A DNA stretch of 22,922 nucleotides from Euglena gracilis (lineage: Eukaryota), in the NCBI GenBank assembly GCA_039621445.1, contig CP154954.1:4702714-4725635 (forward strand). Direction: 5' to 3'. The notes beneath the pieces are model-generated. The model made no database searches, was not told the origin of the DNA, and saw only the letters and a list, made by a program, of their open reading frames with translations. The translations under genes were made by a program, and so were the position numbers. Below, piece after piece: positions 10,850-22,922 of this stretch; within the stretch, counting starts at the first letter, position 1; each line of letters starts with the position of its first letter.

Positions 10850-11971
10850 GTGCGCTCGTTGAGCACCCCCCCCCCAAAAAAAAACTGAGACCCATCAATG
10901 AAATTTCGCAGTGTGTTTTTTGCTTTTTTGTTTTGGTTCCAGATGCCTCCTCTTCCTGTCTCCAGTGTCTTTTGGGGCTGAAGGGCATCATCATTGGCCA
11001 TCACCAATCTGTTCATTGTTGTCCTCATTTCAAGAAATGGACCAGAATTGACAGTATGGGGGGATTCCTTGGATGAATATTTGGCGCCGATCCACCACAG
11101 TAAATTCAGGGAACGAATGCAGCAAAATGATTTCCAAGGCTGACATCATACTTGGGTATTTTTAGAGCCCCCCCCCCTCCACCACATTCGACCTTGGTCC
11201 CGCTCCTCCCTACAACCCTTCCCATCAGACGGTACTCATCGATTAATGCTTTGTTGGCATATGGGAATACCTTCAAAGGCTTTTTCAAGTCCTTTTCGGC
11301 CAAAATAAAACAATGAATTTGATCCGGATCTCGAAACGCCACCCATGACCCCTCAGTGGTTCCATTTGTTGCGGAAGGCTCGCCAGGAGGATACTGACTT
11401 CTTCGGAGCCATTTCTGGTTTGACCCTTTTCTACCCATTTTTTTTTGTACAGACAGTGCTGTTTTCGGCCCAGCAGTTTTCGGCAGTTTTCCGCAGTTTT
11501 TGTTGTATTTGGTTTCTATTTGGAGAAATTCCTTTACGCAATGAGAAATCGACGCTAACCTCAAACGGGCTCTGTTGGACATCTCACCTCCTCCCAGTAT
11601 CCCCAGGGCACCTCCTCAGTCAAGACAATGTCGTTTCCAGCTGGTCTTTTTTGGGGTATTTTTCCCCTTCGAGTTTGACAGTTTTGGCCAAATGTGTCCA
11701 ACAGCCCCAGACACTCATTTTTGGTGGTTCTTTGGGGTTCCTTGGGGTCAAGGTGTCCCCACGTTAATGGACAAGTGTGTGTGTGTGTGTCAAAAATTCT
11801 GAGGGGTACCCTCAAACTTTTCTTAATGGCAAGGGTCGATTTGGTGGGTCTCCCAAATACAAACAACCCTTTGGCTGATTTTTGTCTGACACCCAAATCT
11901 CAGCTGGAAACCAACCAACCTCTTTCCATGGATTTCGAAAGATCTTGTCTTTTGGCGTCCTGTTCCCCCAG

Positions 11972-12020
11972 GTGATTCAGCATCCCATGGACTTCTCTAC
12001 CATTCAGTCCAACCTCGAGG
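11972..12020 (+). CDS. Bromodomain-containing protein, next exon (alphaA)
   Basis: Acceptor ttccccCAG and donor G|GTCAGT at 12021. Joins in phase 0 to give ...DYLE-VIQHPMDFSTIQSNLE, the canonical DY..I..PMD..TI...L bromodomain motif. The intervening GT-AG intron is 10850-11971. Confidence 0.9.
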
Positions 12021-12078
12021 GTCAGTGCTTCCCTCCTGATGACCTCCCCCCAGGGTGCTTCATCGTCACCAATAATTT

Positions 12079-13396
<1,318 letters not shown>

Positions 13397-13398
<2 letters not shown>

Positions 13399-14065
13399 TC
13401 AATCAAGTTGAGTTGCATGCAGGTGTGCAGTTTTTTTCAGCTATGTCGGTGTGATATAAAGTCTGGAGAAACATATCTGAGACGCAGATGATTCTGGGGG
13501 GAACTAGATCATTTTGTACAATATTTTTTAAAAAAATTTCCCCTGGAGATGGCAGCATGTTGTTTTGAACGTGCTATTTGCATGCTCAGTTCTTTTTTAG
13601 GATAAATAAGCATCTGAATCTTCTCTTTGGCTCAGGAAGTCTGATGGCACATCACTGAAAATAACTCACGGACTTTGGTCAGTTGAAATAAGAAATATGC
13701 CAAGTCAGTTTGGTGACCCCCTGCAAAATGCGTGGAAGCATCCTGCTTTGCATACATTTCAGCGACACCTCGAGCTCACTTTTCAGAATGCCATCCTTTT
13801 CAACCGCCCACATTGTGACTTTGTCTTGACTGGCACCATTAATCTCTGACATTTTTTCTTTCTTTCTCCACCACCTCCCTGCGTCGGCGTTTTTCCAATG
13901 TGAATAATGTTCAGCAATAATGTAAAGATGTTTTCCCCTCTCGTCAATGAACCAGTCCTTTTTTCCCAAGATGAAGACGAAGCCAAATCGCTGGTCAGTC
14001 TACGCCACGGAAGCTCTCCCAGAGATTTTTTTATCGCGATATCCAGAGGGTTGGGTTTGGCCGCA
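13397..14065. repeat. Near-identical ~670-bp duplication, copy 1
   Basis: Matches 14312-14989 from tttcaatcaagttgag to gggtttggccgca, with a handful of substitutions and small indels. Confidence 0.96.
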
Positions 14066-14311
<246 letters not shown>

Positions 14312-14313
<2 letters not shown>

Positions 14314-14989
14314 TCAATCAAGTTGAGTTGCATGCAGGTGTGCAGTTTTTTTCAGCTATGTCGGTGTGATATAAAGTCTGGAGAAACATATCTGAGACGC
14401 AGATGATTCTGGGGGGAACTAGATCATTTTGTACAATATTTTTTAAAAAAATTTCCCCTGGAGATGGCAGCATGTTGTTTTGAACGTGCTGTTTGCATGC
14501 TCAGTTCTTTTTTAGGATAAATAAATAATAAGCATCTGAATCTACTCTTTGGCTCAGGAAGTCTGATGGCACATCACTGAAAATAACTCACGGACTTTGG
14601 CCAGTTGAAATAAGAAATATGCCAAGTCAGTTTGGTGACCCCCTGCAAAATGCGTGGAAGCATCCTGCTTTGCATACATTTCAGCGACACCTCGAGCTCA
14701 CTTTTCAGAATGCCATCCTTTTCAACCGCCCACATTGTGACTTTGTCTTGACTGGCACCATTAATTTCTGATATTTTTTCTTTCTTTCTCCACCACCTCC
14801 CTGCGTCGGCGTTTTTCCAATGTGAATAATGTTCAGCAATAATGTAAAGATGTTTTCCCCTCTCGTCAATGAACCAGTCCTTTTTTTCCCAAGATGAAGA
14901 CGAAGCCAAATCGCTGGTCAGTCTACGCCACGGAAGCTCTCCCAGAGATTTTTTTTATCGCGATATCCAGAGGGTTGGGTTTGGCCGCA
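14312..14989. repeat. Near-identical ~670-bp duplication, copy 2
   Basis: Matches copy 1 at 13397-14065. Confidence 0.96.
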
Positions 14990-15109
14990 AAATCTCCTGA
15001 CTCATCTCCGGACTCTCTGAAGTTACAAGACGGAAAGTGTGAGGTTTTTTTTTTTTACTACGTGGTCAAAGTGGGCCATGCAATGCTCTTTTTTGGGGAG
15101 GGGGGCAAA

Positions 15110-15312
15110 GGTAGGTTGGTAGATGGGTGGGCGGGCGGGTGGGTAGTTAGGTAGGCATGTGGTAGGTAGGTTGGTTGGTAGGTTGGTTGGTTGATGGGTT
15201 GGTCGATAGGTGGCTAGATTGGTAGGTAGGAAAGTAGGTTGGTAGCTAGGTTGGTAGGTGGGTAGGTGGGTGGGTGGGCAGGTCGGTAGGTCGGTCGGTG
15301 GGTGGGTGGGTT
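15110..15312. repeat. Degenerate (GGTN)n tetranucleotide tract
   Basis: ggta, ggtt, ggtg and ggtc units. Confidence 0.9.
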
Positions 15313-15359
15313 ATGTGTGTATGAATGTATATCCCTGGGGGGCTGGATGGAGGGGTTAC

Positions 15360-15464
15360 AATGATCTCTGAGCCCGCCGCCTCCGCGGCCTCCTTCCAGG
15401 ACTCCTGCGGCGGCACCTCTCCCCGCAACAGCGCATCGAACTCGCCCGGCAGGCTTGCCAGCAC
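15360..15464 (-). CDS. Probable internal exon of an unidentified minus-strand gene (35 aa)
   Basis: On the - strand: acceptor CACAG|, then 105 nt GC3-rich frame VLASLPGEFDALLRGEVPPQESWKEAAEAAGSEII, then donor |GTAACC. Phase 0-0. Confidence 0.6.
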
Positions 15465-17369
15465 CTGTGGCCGGCAGACGGCTGTGCAGCCACACCATGC
15501 CCCTGCCAAGGACCCCCCCCCTCGCAGGAGGAGGTGTCGATTGGACAGGCGTTCCAATTTCGATCCGCACATTTGGCCGCAATGGCCAAATGTGACAAAT
15601 GTGACACTCCCACGCCTTCGGCAGCAAATGCCTCAACAGGGCCGTTTCTGGCCTGATTTTGGCTCAGGACTGATATAACCCCCATATTTACCTTCACCCT
15701 CCCCCCATACCCCCAATGCAGACCCTCCCCCTCAGGTGGCAAAAATGTGCTGGCCTGATATGGGTGTTCATTGGAGAAGATTTTTTGGCGAAACCCGAGA
15801 CTCCACTTCAGGTGACAAATCTTACAAAACAGGGAGTGCCAATGAAAATTGAAAATGCATCGAAATAAACACTCACAGATTTATCGCACATCTCCCACAC
15901 ATCATAAGAGGGCAATGAAGCAGGCACATTAAGATATACCACAGTCCCAAATACAAATGGAGCGAACCAAATACTGGGGGCAAAGATTTGGCGACCATAC
16001 CCAAGTATTACAAATTTATTTATACATTACACCAAAATTTCTCCTCCACGCAAGCGCCAATGGCGTCACACGAGGGACATGAGACTGGAAAAAATCCAGA
16101 ATTTATCATTTTTTTCTCTGCAGACAGTTTTCGGCAATGAATTTGATGTTTGTGCTTTGAAAAATGGTGACCAGGAGTGAAAAGGAAAAGGAAAATGGCG
16201 ACCTGCAATTTTTTGCTTGAAAATGGTTGGATTTTGGAAAGAATGAGTACAAAGCTGTGTTGGTAATCTTTTTTTTTAATTGGGGGAGTTTGATTTTCCT
16301 CCCAATTTTTATAAGCTCTCAAATTTAACCCCCTGAGAGTCTTGAATCCTTTCCAAACAAATACCAGGCATTTATTTAGGCGGCACATCTCGCACCCAAG
16401 TTTTTTTTGGGTCGATGTGTGCGTTTTCGCAAGAACCACGTTGAGTTCCAGCGTTTCTAGGGGTGAGAGCGAGAGGCAACAGGATTTGACAAAATATGAC
16501 CGAATTCTCGTTTTTGGAACCAGCTCTCCTGGGAATGACGTGTTTTGTTTTTTTGAGGTTGAAATGACACAGAAAACCCCGGACCTATCTTTGGCGGCCG
16601 GATTCGCACTTAAGGATTTTTATGTTGATTTGCGCATATGTGCAAATCCCGACTTTTTGATTCCGGCGGTGAAGGGTTCAGGGGGACTAGGGGGAACACA
16701 CACGGCGGCAAGCAAGGGCAAAAACGAAGCGACTTTTTTGGTTTTTGGTGTGACCCCCGGGACTTTGGCCAAAAAACAGTGTTTTTGACGGTGTCAGGGA
16801 GGACTTTGTGGTCCCAAACCCCGGGACCTTGCCCGCCACACACACCACCACCGGGACCGCCTGCCCGCCTCTTTGAGAGTGCTGATTTTTTTTGGGAAAG
16901 TGTCTCTGGCAGTGTGCAGTGTGTTCCCTCCCGGTGCCTCGCGATGTGTGTAGCTATTTTTACCCCTGGGACTTCTGATTTTTGAACTTGGAAGAAAAGC
17001 AAGGGACTGGGTGACAGGGCTTTGGGAGGGGTGCGGGTCGGTGGGTCTGGTGTGCAGGGGGTGGGGGGAGGAGAGGTCCAGGGGAGAGAGGTGCGGAGGG
17101 TGCAGAGCTGTGCAGGGGTGATGTGCGGCGGGCAGGGCGGCGGGGTGAGACACCCGCAGGGGGTGTCAGTGGGGGCTTGGGGGGACATCGACATTGGTTT
17201 GTGTGCGTGCAACCCAGGACTTTGACCTTTGTGTTTCTGTGAGGCGAAAAACAGACAAACAATGTTTGTGCGCGCACTTGCGCAAATAAACACCCGAACG
17301 TGTGTGGGCCAGGGCAGGAGAGGGGTGACACCGAGAGAAACAGGAATTGAAAAGGGATGGGGGTGACTG

Positions 17370-18772
17370 CAGCACATCCTTCAGTACCGTCTCGCCCTTG
17401 GGTCCGACGTCGGGCGCCAGCAGGGATGGCGGACCGGTCCAGCCGTCCGGCCACCGCAAACACCACTGACTGGTCCTCCGACTCCTCCCCCTCTTCCGCA
17501 TCGACGTCCTCCGGCTGCCGCCGTCTCTCGTGGCGCAGCCCCTTCATCGATGCGAACGTCACCATCTCGTGCACCAGCCTGTTAGGGGCGTCCAGCGATG
17601 GCTGCAGCTCACTGCCGTCCAGCAGGCAGTCCAGGTTCCGCAGGGAGTCCGCCATCCGCCGCCGGTCCACCCCTCTGGCCTTCAGCTCCCGGGCACCGTG
17701 CTGCCCCTGCCTCACCAGGAGGTACAGGTCCATCACGTCCTCATCCGGTGGTGCTGCATGGAGCTGCCCAGCCTGCTGAGCATCGCCTCGTTGACCTCCT
17801 CCGAGAAGCAGCAGGCGGGCAGCTGCTCGTGCCACCGGTCCCACATCAGCAGCGCGCATGCCAGCGTCCGCACGTAGTCCGAGTGACCTCTTGGACGGTG
17901 TCCTGGTGTCGGCGCCTCCAGGTGCAGCAGCATCATCAGGGCGTTGCACAGCACCTTCCGCGCCTGTCCGCCGGTCTGCGGCCGCCGCTCCTCCCAGTGG
18001 CACTCCTGCACCTGCCACCCCAGCGCGAAGCAGACCGGCGCCCAGACCAGCAGCAGGTCCTCCAGCGCCTGCGCCACCTCCAGGTCCCGCTCCAGCTTCT
18101 CCAGGGCCTCCACCGCCTGGGCCTCCTTCCGGCGACAGTCCTCCAGCAGGCGGATGCACTCCATCTCGCGGCTTCCAGTCTGCCACGCCCGCTGCATCTT
18201 GACGCTGGCCTCCGCGTGGCGCACCTGCCGGGTGGTCTGCTGCTCCGCCTCCTCCTTCCGCTGCCGGGCCTGCTGTGTGGTGCCGCTCCACCTCTGGCAC
18301 CACGGTGTCCCGGCGCCGTCGCAGGGTCCGGTCAGCCGTTGCAGGCGGGCGCGGCGGTCCGCCGGCACCATCAGCATGGCGCCGACCCACATCTCCAGCA
18401 CCCGCACCTTTGGCTTGGTGGACCACTGCTCGCCCGGCGCCATCGTGCCCCGCTGGAGGAACAGGAACAGCGGCAGCAGGCGGCGGTACGGCAAGTACGG
18501 CATCTGCTTGTACGCGTGCCACACGCCGTACAGCGGGGGCAGCTGCCGCAGCGCCTCGCTTGCATCCCACCGCTGGCACTCCCGCCCGTACACAACCTTC
18601 AGCTGGCAGTACCAGAGGTTGATGTCCACCAGCACGGACAGCGGGGCTTTCACGCGGCACAGCACGCCGTCCTTCAGGAACCGGAGGACCTTCAACATCC
18701 CCACCTGGGAGGAGATCCGGTCATTCGTCAGCATGAAGGGCCGCCACACCAGGCACTGGGCGTTCTCTCAGC
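17370..18772 (-). pseudogene. Putative DDE transposase, exon 2 (TGA at 18768-18770; frameshift near 17745-17755; 3' end uncertain)
   Basis: ORF 17733-18749 has motifs VLVDINL, LYGVWHAYK, DYVRTL and SEEVNEAMLSRL. Coding-like sequence continues in another frame (DEDVMDLYLLV...) until GC-rich coding character fades near 17370. Confidence 0.7.
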
Positions 18773-19229
18773 CGCATCAGAGTAACCACATTCTGTATGA
18801 GAAAATCAATGCCAGCATCATTCTCACACAACTGATATGACAAAAGCAGAACTTGTTGATGTGCGCATTTGCGCAAATGCGCACATCAACAAGTCCTGCA
18901 AACATTCTTCGGGTCCCTGGTGAGATCTGGTATGATCACAAAAAAAATGTATCTGTGCGCAAATGCGCAAATCAAATAATACAAACATTGTAAAAGAGAT
19001 TTTTTTTGTTAAAGACTGCTGTACCACCTAAGACTGGTATTTAATTCAAACACATAAGACAGAGTTATGTGGGCGCATTTGCGCGCGTGCTGGTGTAATT
19101 AAATTTTATGTAACAGTGAGGCACCTACCTGTACGTCAGAAACACATCATTATTAACAGAAGCAACCAGAATGCCCACACAGACCATCAACCTACAGAGG
19201 CTTTCAAAAAAAATTCAGTCATTCTGATG
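18773..19229 (-). other. Candidate non-conventional (euglenid-type, non GT-AG) intron in the transposase gene
   Basis: AT-rich 457-nt insert. On the sense strand, 5' CAUCAGAAUGACUGAAUU pairs with 3' AAUGUGGUUACUCUGAUG at 16/18 positions (three G-U). CAG at +4..+6 and CTG at -8..-6. Removal joins the two ORFs in frame. Confidence 0.6.
18851..18894. repeat. Perfect 44-bp palindrome
   Basis: ACTTGTTGATGTGCGCATTTGCGCAAATGCGCACATCAACAAGT equals its own reverse complement. Confidence 0.97.
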
Positions 19230-20013
19230 AACGGGGCACGTCCAGCGGCACGCGCAGCTCATGCGCGTCCAGCGGCCGCGCACTGATCTCAGAGACCAGC
19301 TCGATAAACACCGGCAGGTCGGTCTGGACCAGCCGTGCGGACACCCGGTGGACGCGGCCCAGCAGCTGCTCCAGCAACGGGTACCCCGGGTACTCCGGGA
19401 TGGCGTCCACCGCCGTCCGCATCATGGCCATGATACAGCAGTCGTGCGTCCTGATGACCATCCTGAGGTTCAATGTCATGGCCCTCTTCCAGAAGTTGTC
19501 GAACCACAGGACACAGCTGCGCCCCTCCGACTGCTGCCACAGGTCCTCCAGCCGCTCGCACGCCCGCTGCCACCGCCACTGCCGGTTCCACATGGGCTCC
19601 TCTGGCAGGATGCCGCTCGGTCGCAGCAGCCGGCTGGCCGTCCGGTGCCTCGCCAGCGGCGCCTCGTGCTCCTCCGCCACCACCCGCTGCGCCGACCGCG
19701 GGCAGGCGCGTTGCCGCACCGTCCGGTACACCGCCCAGGCGTCCTTCAGCAGCAGCTTGATCCGCTGCCGCCGTGGCTCCCGGGCCAGCTCCTCCAGCAG
19801 CGCCGCGCTCCCCTCCGTCCGCAGTGGCACCCTGGTGTGGGCCACCACCAGTGTCTGCAGCGGGTGGCCTCGCTGCACCACCGCCGCTTTGAACTCCTCG
19901 TAGGTGGCGGTGAAGTGGGCTTTCACCAACTGCCCCAGCAGCTTCCCAGCCTCCGCTACGAAGCTGTCCTGTCACTGCGGTGGGAGTGTGCTGCTGGCCT
20001 GGGAGGACTCCAT
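19230..20013 (-). pseudogene. Putative DDE transposase, exon 1 (N-terminal part; in-frame TGA at 19972-19974)
   Basis: ATG at 20013 is in frame with ORF 19219-19929. Strong GC3 bias. Contains a hydrophobic strand + DN motif (CVLWFDNF) and ends in LRVPLDVPR. Confidence 0.7.
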
Positions 20014-22417
20014 CAGTCCTCCCCAGGTCTGCCGGCATGCTGCCTTTCATCAACCCACAAATCTTTTAACGTCACACCCCCATCATCGTCATCCTGCCTA
20101 CTTCTGGTATATACACATTACACGCTACGTCCCACAATTCTGTGTTTTTTAGAATTGTTTATGCGCGCAATTGCGCAAGTCAATAAAGAAAAAGAACATA
20201 ATAATACACAGCTGTACAGCTGTACCCTGCCTTGCCATCCCCTATGTAAGTCAACTCCAGACAGGGGACAGCACATTAACATCGCCATTGAGCCTTGACC
20301 ACCCCGCACGTGACACACACTCTCACTTTGCGAGCAACAAAACATCCCATTGGTCACAACATCTCAACCATCCAGACAAATCGCACCCTACTGACACAAT
20401 AAGTAACTTGCATACACGCCCATTCAGCGTCAACATCCAGTGACTGGTAACGCAATACCCTCTGGGTCCTTGTAGAACAAAAATCAACCATTGTGCGCAC
20501 AATTGTGCAAATCAACATGGACACTTTTCATTTCTGACATAATCTGGGGCATTACAACCGCCATCTGAGCAACACAAAACAATCACAGCAAGATCAGTTG
20601 TTTATGCGCGCATTTGCGCAAGTGTGCAGTGCGCCATAATTAAAATTTCTTTCCTACATCAGTTAGAAGGTTCCAATTCACCCGCCATTTCTTCCCCGTT
20701 GTCAAAACAGGGGTCCCACACCCCTCTCCAAACACACCCAATTCCATCGTAATTCGCAAATCCTGGCACCCAACAGACCCTCACAATAATTCTGGAATTC
20801 ATCAAAGGTGTCTGTTTTCATCGCAGCATTCACAGGTCATATTTTCACCCTCAAATAGCCAAATACTGTACGCCGCCAGATCTGGCCAAACGGATGCCGC
20901 GGGGTGGTGTAGGGTGGAAGAGGGTGTCGGTAGGTGTTCAACGGACAGTGTGCAAACAACCAGCTGCGGGAGAGGGAGAGGTACAATTTTTCGCGCGTCC
21001 GTCCGGTCGCGGAGTCAGTTAGGATTTTGTATTTGAAGGGGTTCGAATTGCCCAGCCCTAACGAGTTACGTTAGCATTTTCAAAAATTTTTCGGCGGAGA
21101 GGGTACTGGGTCCCGGGGGTTTCACAGAATTCACGCATTTGCGCAATTGCGCAAATTCTAAAGAAAAAACACTTAAGTGCGAATCCGGCCGCCTAAGCTA
21201 TGCCCCCAAAGTGAAAAATCACTGACAAAAACATCAAAACCCCAGTACTGCCTCCCCCTATTTTGAGCGATGCTCTCCTCACCGGTTTTTGGGGCATTTG
21301 CCGGCCTCTGATTTGTGTTTTTGGACGTTTGCCGGAGCGAGGGAATGAGGATGGGGGGTTAGGGGGTCCAGCCGCGTCGCCAAGCGGGACCACAGGGAAG
21401 GATGGTGTGCCTGGGGCTTTTGCGAAGGCTTTTGCAGGGTGAAGGGAAAGTGGTTTGAAGGGTTTGACAGTCGCAATTCCCCACCGAACTTGCAGCAGGA
21501 TTTGTCTGGCCAAATTGTGTCGTGAAAATGGGAGAGGGGATCATGCAAATTTCATGGGAATGATTGATTAATTGCAGCCTTGGTTTGAACAAAGAAAAAA
21601 TGTCCATGTGTGCACTTTAGCACATCGACCGGTTTTGCCGTTCCCCTGGATAATGGCAAATACCCCACAAGTCACACCGCTGAAAGCGGTACAGCAAATT
21701 CCATGAGTTTGGGACAGAGGATGGGGCCGGTTTGCGCAAATGCGCACACCGTCAATGTGTGCATATTTTCGAAAACGACGTCATGTACATTTGTGAAAAA
21801 GGGGTGTGATCAAGTACCACGGCACATAAACAGATTTTGCTCCCCTGAGCCTTTCAAAACAACAATAACTGGAAGGGCTTACACCACAGTCCCACTCTGA
21901 AACCAGACAGAAATTGAAAAATCATATGTATCAAGTACCAGGTTGAAATGAAAAAAAGTGGTCAGTTTGCGTAAATTTGCACGTGGTCGGTGTTTGCACA
22001 CTTTTGAACACCGTCCACGTGCATAAATGTGCTATGTAACAGCCAGGGTGTACAACCCACCTTTTTTTTGACAGACAAGAATACAAATCTGTCGCTCCAG
22101 ACCTTTCAGACAGCTCGTCAGGATGACAGTTCGTAACCTTTGTGTTTCTTAACTTGTATCATGAAGTGTGCAGTTACGTATTTTTGTTTCCCTAGGTGCA
22201 TTCGGCGGTTCAAGGATTTTTCAAAAATTGTCGATGTGTGCAATTGCGCACATTGACAAAGAAAAAAGCTCAAGTGCGAGATCCGCCGCCTGAGTTTTAA
22301 ATGGAGTGGGGGTTAGTGCCTGCACCTCAGCCTGCTCCCAAGTGGCATATTTTGTGCCCCTTTTCATCGTAGTCAGGTCCTGTTATATTATTTATTATAG
22401 TATGTTATTTATATTTA

Positions 22418-22422
22418 GTTGT

Positions 22423-22487
<65 letters not shown>

Positions 22488-22488
22488 G
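22418..22488. repeat. (GTT)n microsatellite
   Basis: Directly visible. Confidence 0.97.
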
Positions 22489-22542
22489 CTTACGTGGGCA
22501 CTTCGGTCAAATCCTTAAATTTTAATTTCCCCCTTTGTCCAC

Positions 22543-22665
22543 TCCGGAGGAGTGCAGCATGCGCATCGTCTCCGACGCATGCAAAGCCGCGTGGTGCCGA
22601 ACCCTTCCAGCCCAGTCCGCAGCCCTCGCCCTCTCGACTGCCTCCCTGGGCACTGTCCTGTTTCC
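22543..22665 (-). CDS. Possible exon of the unidentified minus-strand gene
   Basis: GC3-rich frame TVPREAVERARAADWAGRVRHHAALHASETMRMLHSSG with several nearby CAG acceptors. The weak phase-0 donor GTGGAC would join in frame to exon 15360-15464. Confidence 0.35.
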
Positions 22666-22922
22666 CTGAACGTCCCTGTAAAGTCCAAACCGGTATAGAG
22701 TCCAAACCAGTAGTACTGCTGGTGTCTGCCAACAACTGCTTGTGGTGGCTAGTGACAAATTTTGGGTCACCCGTTGGGCCGCCTCCAGAGCGCATCACTG
22801 AATGCCACCCTTGTGGCTTCTGGGCAGTTTGCACTGACTTCTGAATTTCAATGAATAAATGATTTCTCAAACTCTGAATTAACTTGTGCTCGTGAGAACG
22901 TTCATGCCTTTGGGATGGTTCT

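Larger units (their letters stand above)
16591..21195 (-). mobile_element. Inner ~4.6-kb DNA transposon with decayed transposase gene (Academ-like, tentative)
   Basis: Perfect 22-bp inverted match GGCGGCCGGATTCGCACTTAAG (16593-16614) / CTTAAGTGCGAATCCGGCCGCC (21172-21193), extending imperfectly to ~60 bp. Encloses a long GC-rich minus-strand coding region. No convincing TSD. Confidence 0.85.
16377..22292. mobile_element. Outer TIR element (~1.3 kb of own sequence, non-coding) hosting the inner element
   Basis: Left end TAGGCGGCACATCTCGCACCCAAG-T-run-GTCGATGTGTGC aligns with the reverse complement of the right end CAGGCGGCGGATCTCGCACTTGAG-T-run-GTCAATGTGCGC (imperfect ~50-bp TIR). Flanks ATT / AGT, so a TSD is not established. 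Confidence 0.7.

Noticed and set aside
13907-13960. MFSNNVKMF considered as the missing bromodomain alphaB exon
   Set aside because: An in-frame TGA lies just upstream, no suitable acceptor is present, and it sits inside the duplicated repeat.
18768-19974. In-frame TGA codons considered as a variant genetic code or selenocysteine
   Set aside because: Trp is encoded by TGG throughout and the gene also has a frameshift, so decay is the simpler explanation.
17357-20298. Long plus-strand and alternate-frame ORFs (e.g. 17598-18785, 19261-20298, most of 16960-18660)
   Set aside because: Shadow frames of the GC3-rich minus-strand transposase gene. Only the part of 16960-18660 downstream of ~17745 looks like the real frame.
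16582-21204. Possible 8-9-bp TSD for the inner element (ACCTATCT vs AGCTATGC)
   Set aside because: Only 5 of 8 positions match, which is insufficient.

Overview
Repeat-rich, intron-containing eukaryotic DNA, not a prokaryotic locus. A euglenid host is suggested by intron architecture, but this is only an inference. Host-gene content is sparse: two GT-AG-bounded exons of a + strand bromodomain protein (10702-10849, 11972-12020), a possible first exon at 8473-8500, and two probable exons of an unidentified - strand gene (22543-~22665, 15360-15464). Most of the rest is microsatellites, minisatellites and DNA transposons. These include a 2.4-kb non-autonomous hAT-type element (3896-6280; 13-bp TIRs, perfect 8-bp TSD) carrying a nested hAT-type MITE, and a ~670-bp near-identical tandem duplication. 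The most interesting structure is a nested pair of related TIR elements (16377-22292 enclosing 16591-21195). The inner element carries a decayed, GC-rich, divergent DDE-type transposase gene with an Academ/DUF6589-like motif order. That gene is interrupted by a 457-nt segment whose ends base-pair on the sense strand like a euglenid non-conventional intron; its removal restores the reading frame, and it contains a perfect 44-bp palindrome built from a TGCGCA motif found throughout the nest. Most ORFs in the supplied track are microsatellite translations or GC-rich shadow frames.
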